Positions 63,817 to 64,000 of a stretch of 64,000 nt of DNA are shown here, one piece after another (the first letter of the stretch is position 1; the number at the start of each line of letters is the position of its first letter). The stretch comes from Eremomyces bilateralis CBS 781.70 (Eukaryota): the NCBI GenBank assembly GCA_010015585.1, contig ML975153.1; one strand, written 5' to 3'. Below the pieces are notes generated by a model. The model did not search any database. It saw only the letters and a list, made by a program, of their open reading frames with translations, and had not been told where the DNA came from. The position numbers and the translations under genes are program-made.

Positions 63817-64000
63817 TATCTTGAGCCATGATTTCGCCGTGTTTTGGGAGAGCTTGGCCTCTTCGCAAACATCTTTGAACGTTTTGCCTTTCGGTCAGTC
63901 GTCGTACGCTTGAAAAAACCGGGGTTTTTTGACTGTATCGTACTCCCGGCGCTTTATTTGCCTATCAGGAGTATGAGGGCGTTCCATACTGATAGGAAAT

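Larger units (their letters stand above)
56267..64000 (+). mobile_element. Left portion of a probable Starship giant transposon (degenerate), continuing beyond the window
   Basis: A DUF3435-like captain is the first gene and points into the element, followed by accessory-type cargo and a nested TE. The left boundary is only estimated from candidate TTAC motifs at 56267 and 56344. Confidence 0.62.

Noticed and set aside
63914..63930. AAAAAACC-GG-GGTTTTTT palindrome near the window end
   Set aside because: It is a low-complexity homopolymer palindrome with no supporting context.

Overview
Gene-dense, intron-containing DNA from a filamentous ascomycete (Pezizomycotina), judged from short GT-AG introns with CTRAC branch sites and recognisable fungal orthologs. 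From 1 to about 55.4 kb the window holds apparently intact genes: an HLJ1-like DnaJ protein, an AIM19-like protein, UFD2, RHO1, a CtsD-like aspartic protease, a conserved hypothetical protein, a SAK1/Ssp1 kinase, GPI10, a DUF3984-like protein, MVD1, a CYT2-like heme lyase, NIPSNAP, an ASH1-like SET protein with four PHD fingers, PTC5, COQ2, an EamA/DMT transporter, GRX5 and RSP5. From about 56.3 kb to the right edge the character changes. A DUF3435-like tyrosine recombinase (Starship 'captain') is followed by a secreted hevein/CBM18 chitin-binding gene, a possible gene relic and a nested Tc1-type DD34E transposon. The captain, the lectin gene and the transposase all carry premature stops and/or frameshifts. 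I interpret this as the left end of a decaying Starship giant transposon inserted upstream of RSP5. All family assignments come from reading motifs by eye; no database searches were run. Splice models are manual.
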